Assembly (NCBI RefSeq): GCF_006345805.1
Contig: NC_043002.1
Span: 22,630,001 to 22,694,000 of the forward strand
From: Octopus sinensis
Taxonomy: Eukaryota
Length of the DNA stretch: 64,000 bases
Direction of reading: 5' to 3'
The notes under the pieces were generated by a model that saw nothing but the letters and a program-made list of their open reading frames with translations, was not told the origin of the DNA and searched no databases. This document shows, piece by piece, positions 63,361 to 64,000 of this stretch (position 1 is the first letter of the stretch; every line of letters starts with the position of its first letter). A program made the position numbers and the translations under genes.

Positions 63361-63413
63361 TGATGCTTCAGCACCCAGAATGGCTGCGCTACAGAGTTTA
63401 CTACGAAGTTAGG
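63361..63413 (+). CDS. Candidate exon E (xTG-MLQHPEWLRYRVYYEVR)
   Basis: Branch-like actaat, acceptor ttgtctctttactttaag|, donor AGG|gtaagt; only one frame is open across it. Confidence 0.5.
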
Positions 63414-63639
63414 GTAAGTATTGTTATTGACATCAACCCAACCTTATCTGATAATCACATGCAGGAGACTACTGCTAGAACCGGAGATGAGAGATAAATG
63501 ACTCTCCTTCCTTCCATATCCGCATAACAAGGAAGACTCTACATTATCCAATTGACTTCCTAGACATAGCAGCCAAATTTTGCTCAAGGTACATCTCCCA
63601 CATCTTCTTCGTTGTCAGTGGCATTTCTGGTCTTTCGTT

Positions 63640-64000
63640 TATGACCTCTTAGATGATTATTCAGCTCCCAACCCCACCTGCAGATTTGGATCTATGTGGT
63701 TTGTAGCATAAGTGAGAGATGAAAGTTGAGACTGCCACTTGATTGATCGGGTCACTTTGTGAGACATTATTTCTGTGAACCATCGTATATCTCTTCAAAC
63801 TCCAAATCGACTCGCAAGCCTTTTCACACACTTCACGTCAAATCACCCATATAGTTGATCTTTCATAGGACATCAAATGGTTGACATACCCAGCCTTAGG
63901 AAAGAGTATACGACCACACATTTCACAGCGCTTTGTGTCCTCATCGAGGTTCTAATGACAGCCCTTCTGAAGCCTTTCATGCTCAAGGCGACACCCCACA
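63640..64000 (-). mobile_element. Decayed LINE C-terminus with C2H2-like fingers (probably RTE-type)
   Basis: CEMCGRILFPKAGYVNHLMS and EVCEKACESIWSLKRYTMVH, with stops. Confidence 0.4.

Overview
AT-rich, intron- and microsatellite-dense animal genomic DNA. Its SINE, RTE and Penelope content points to a coleoid cephalopod, probably Octopus (inference). Genes: (1) TRMT5 (tRNA m1G37 methyltransferase), minus strand, 4 frame-compatible coding exons over 15780-36525, with a possible mitochondrial-targeting extension and a ~58-aa lineage-specific insertion. (2) One 54-nt internal exon (1134-1187, +) matching the BAR domain of ASAP-family Arf-GAPs; no further ASAP exon was found by eye, so the rest of the window may be one giant intron hosting other genes. 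(3) An unrecognised multi-exon plus-strand gene (49343-60435, possible extra exon 63361-63413) with a candidate CCAAT/E-box promoter at ~42.2 kb. The remainder is mobile DNA: a nearly intact D,D34D mariner, a decayed Penelope-like element with inverted terminal repeats, RTE and R4/Dong-type LINE remnants, several tRNA-derived SINE families, MITEs, long palindromes, minisatellites and a tandem duplication. Best leads: a Pol III tRNA-head plus hammerhead-ribozyme cassette in the Penelope terminal repeat, hammerhead cores inside foldback palindromes, and an in-frame UAG in the unknown gene that could be an ADAR amber-to-Trp recoding site. All homology calls are from recalled motifs; no search was run.
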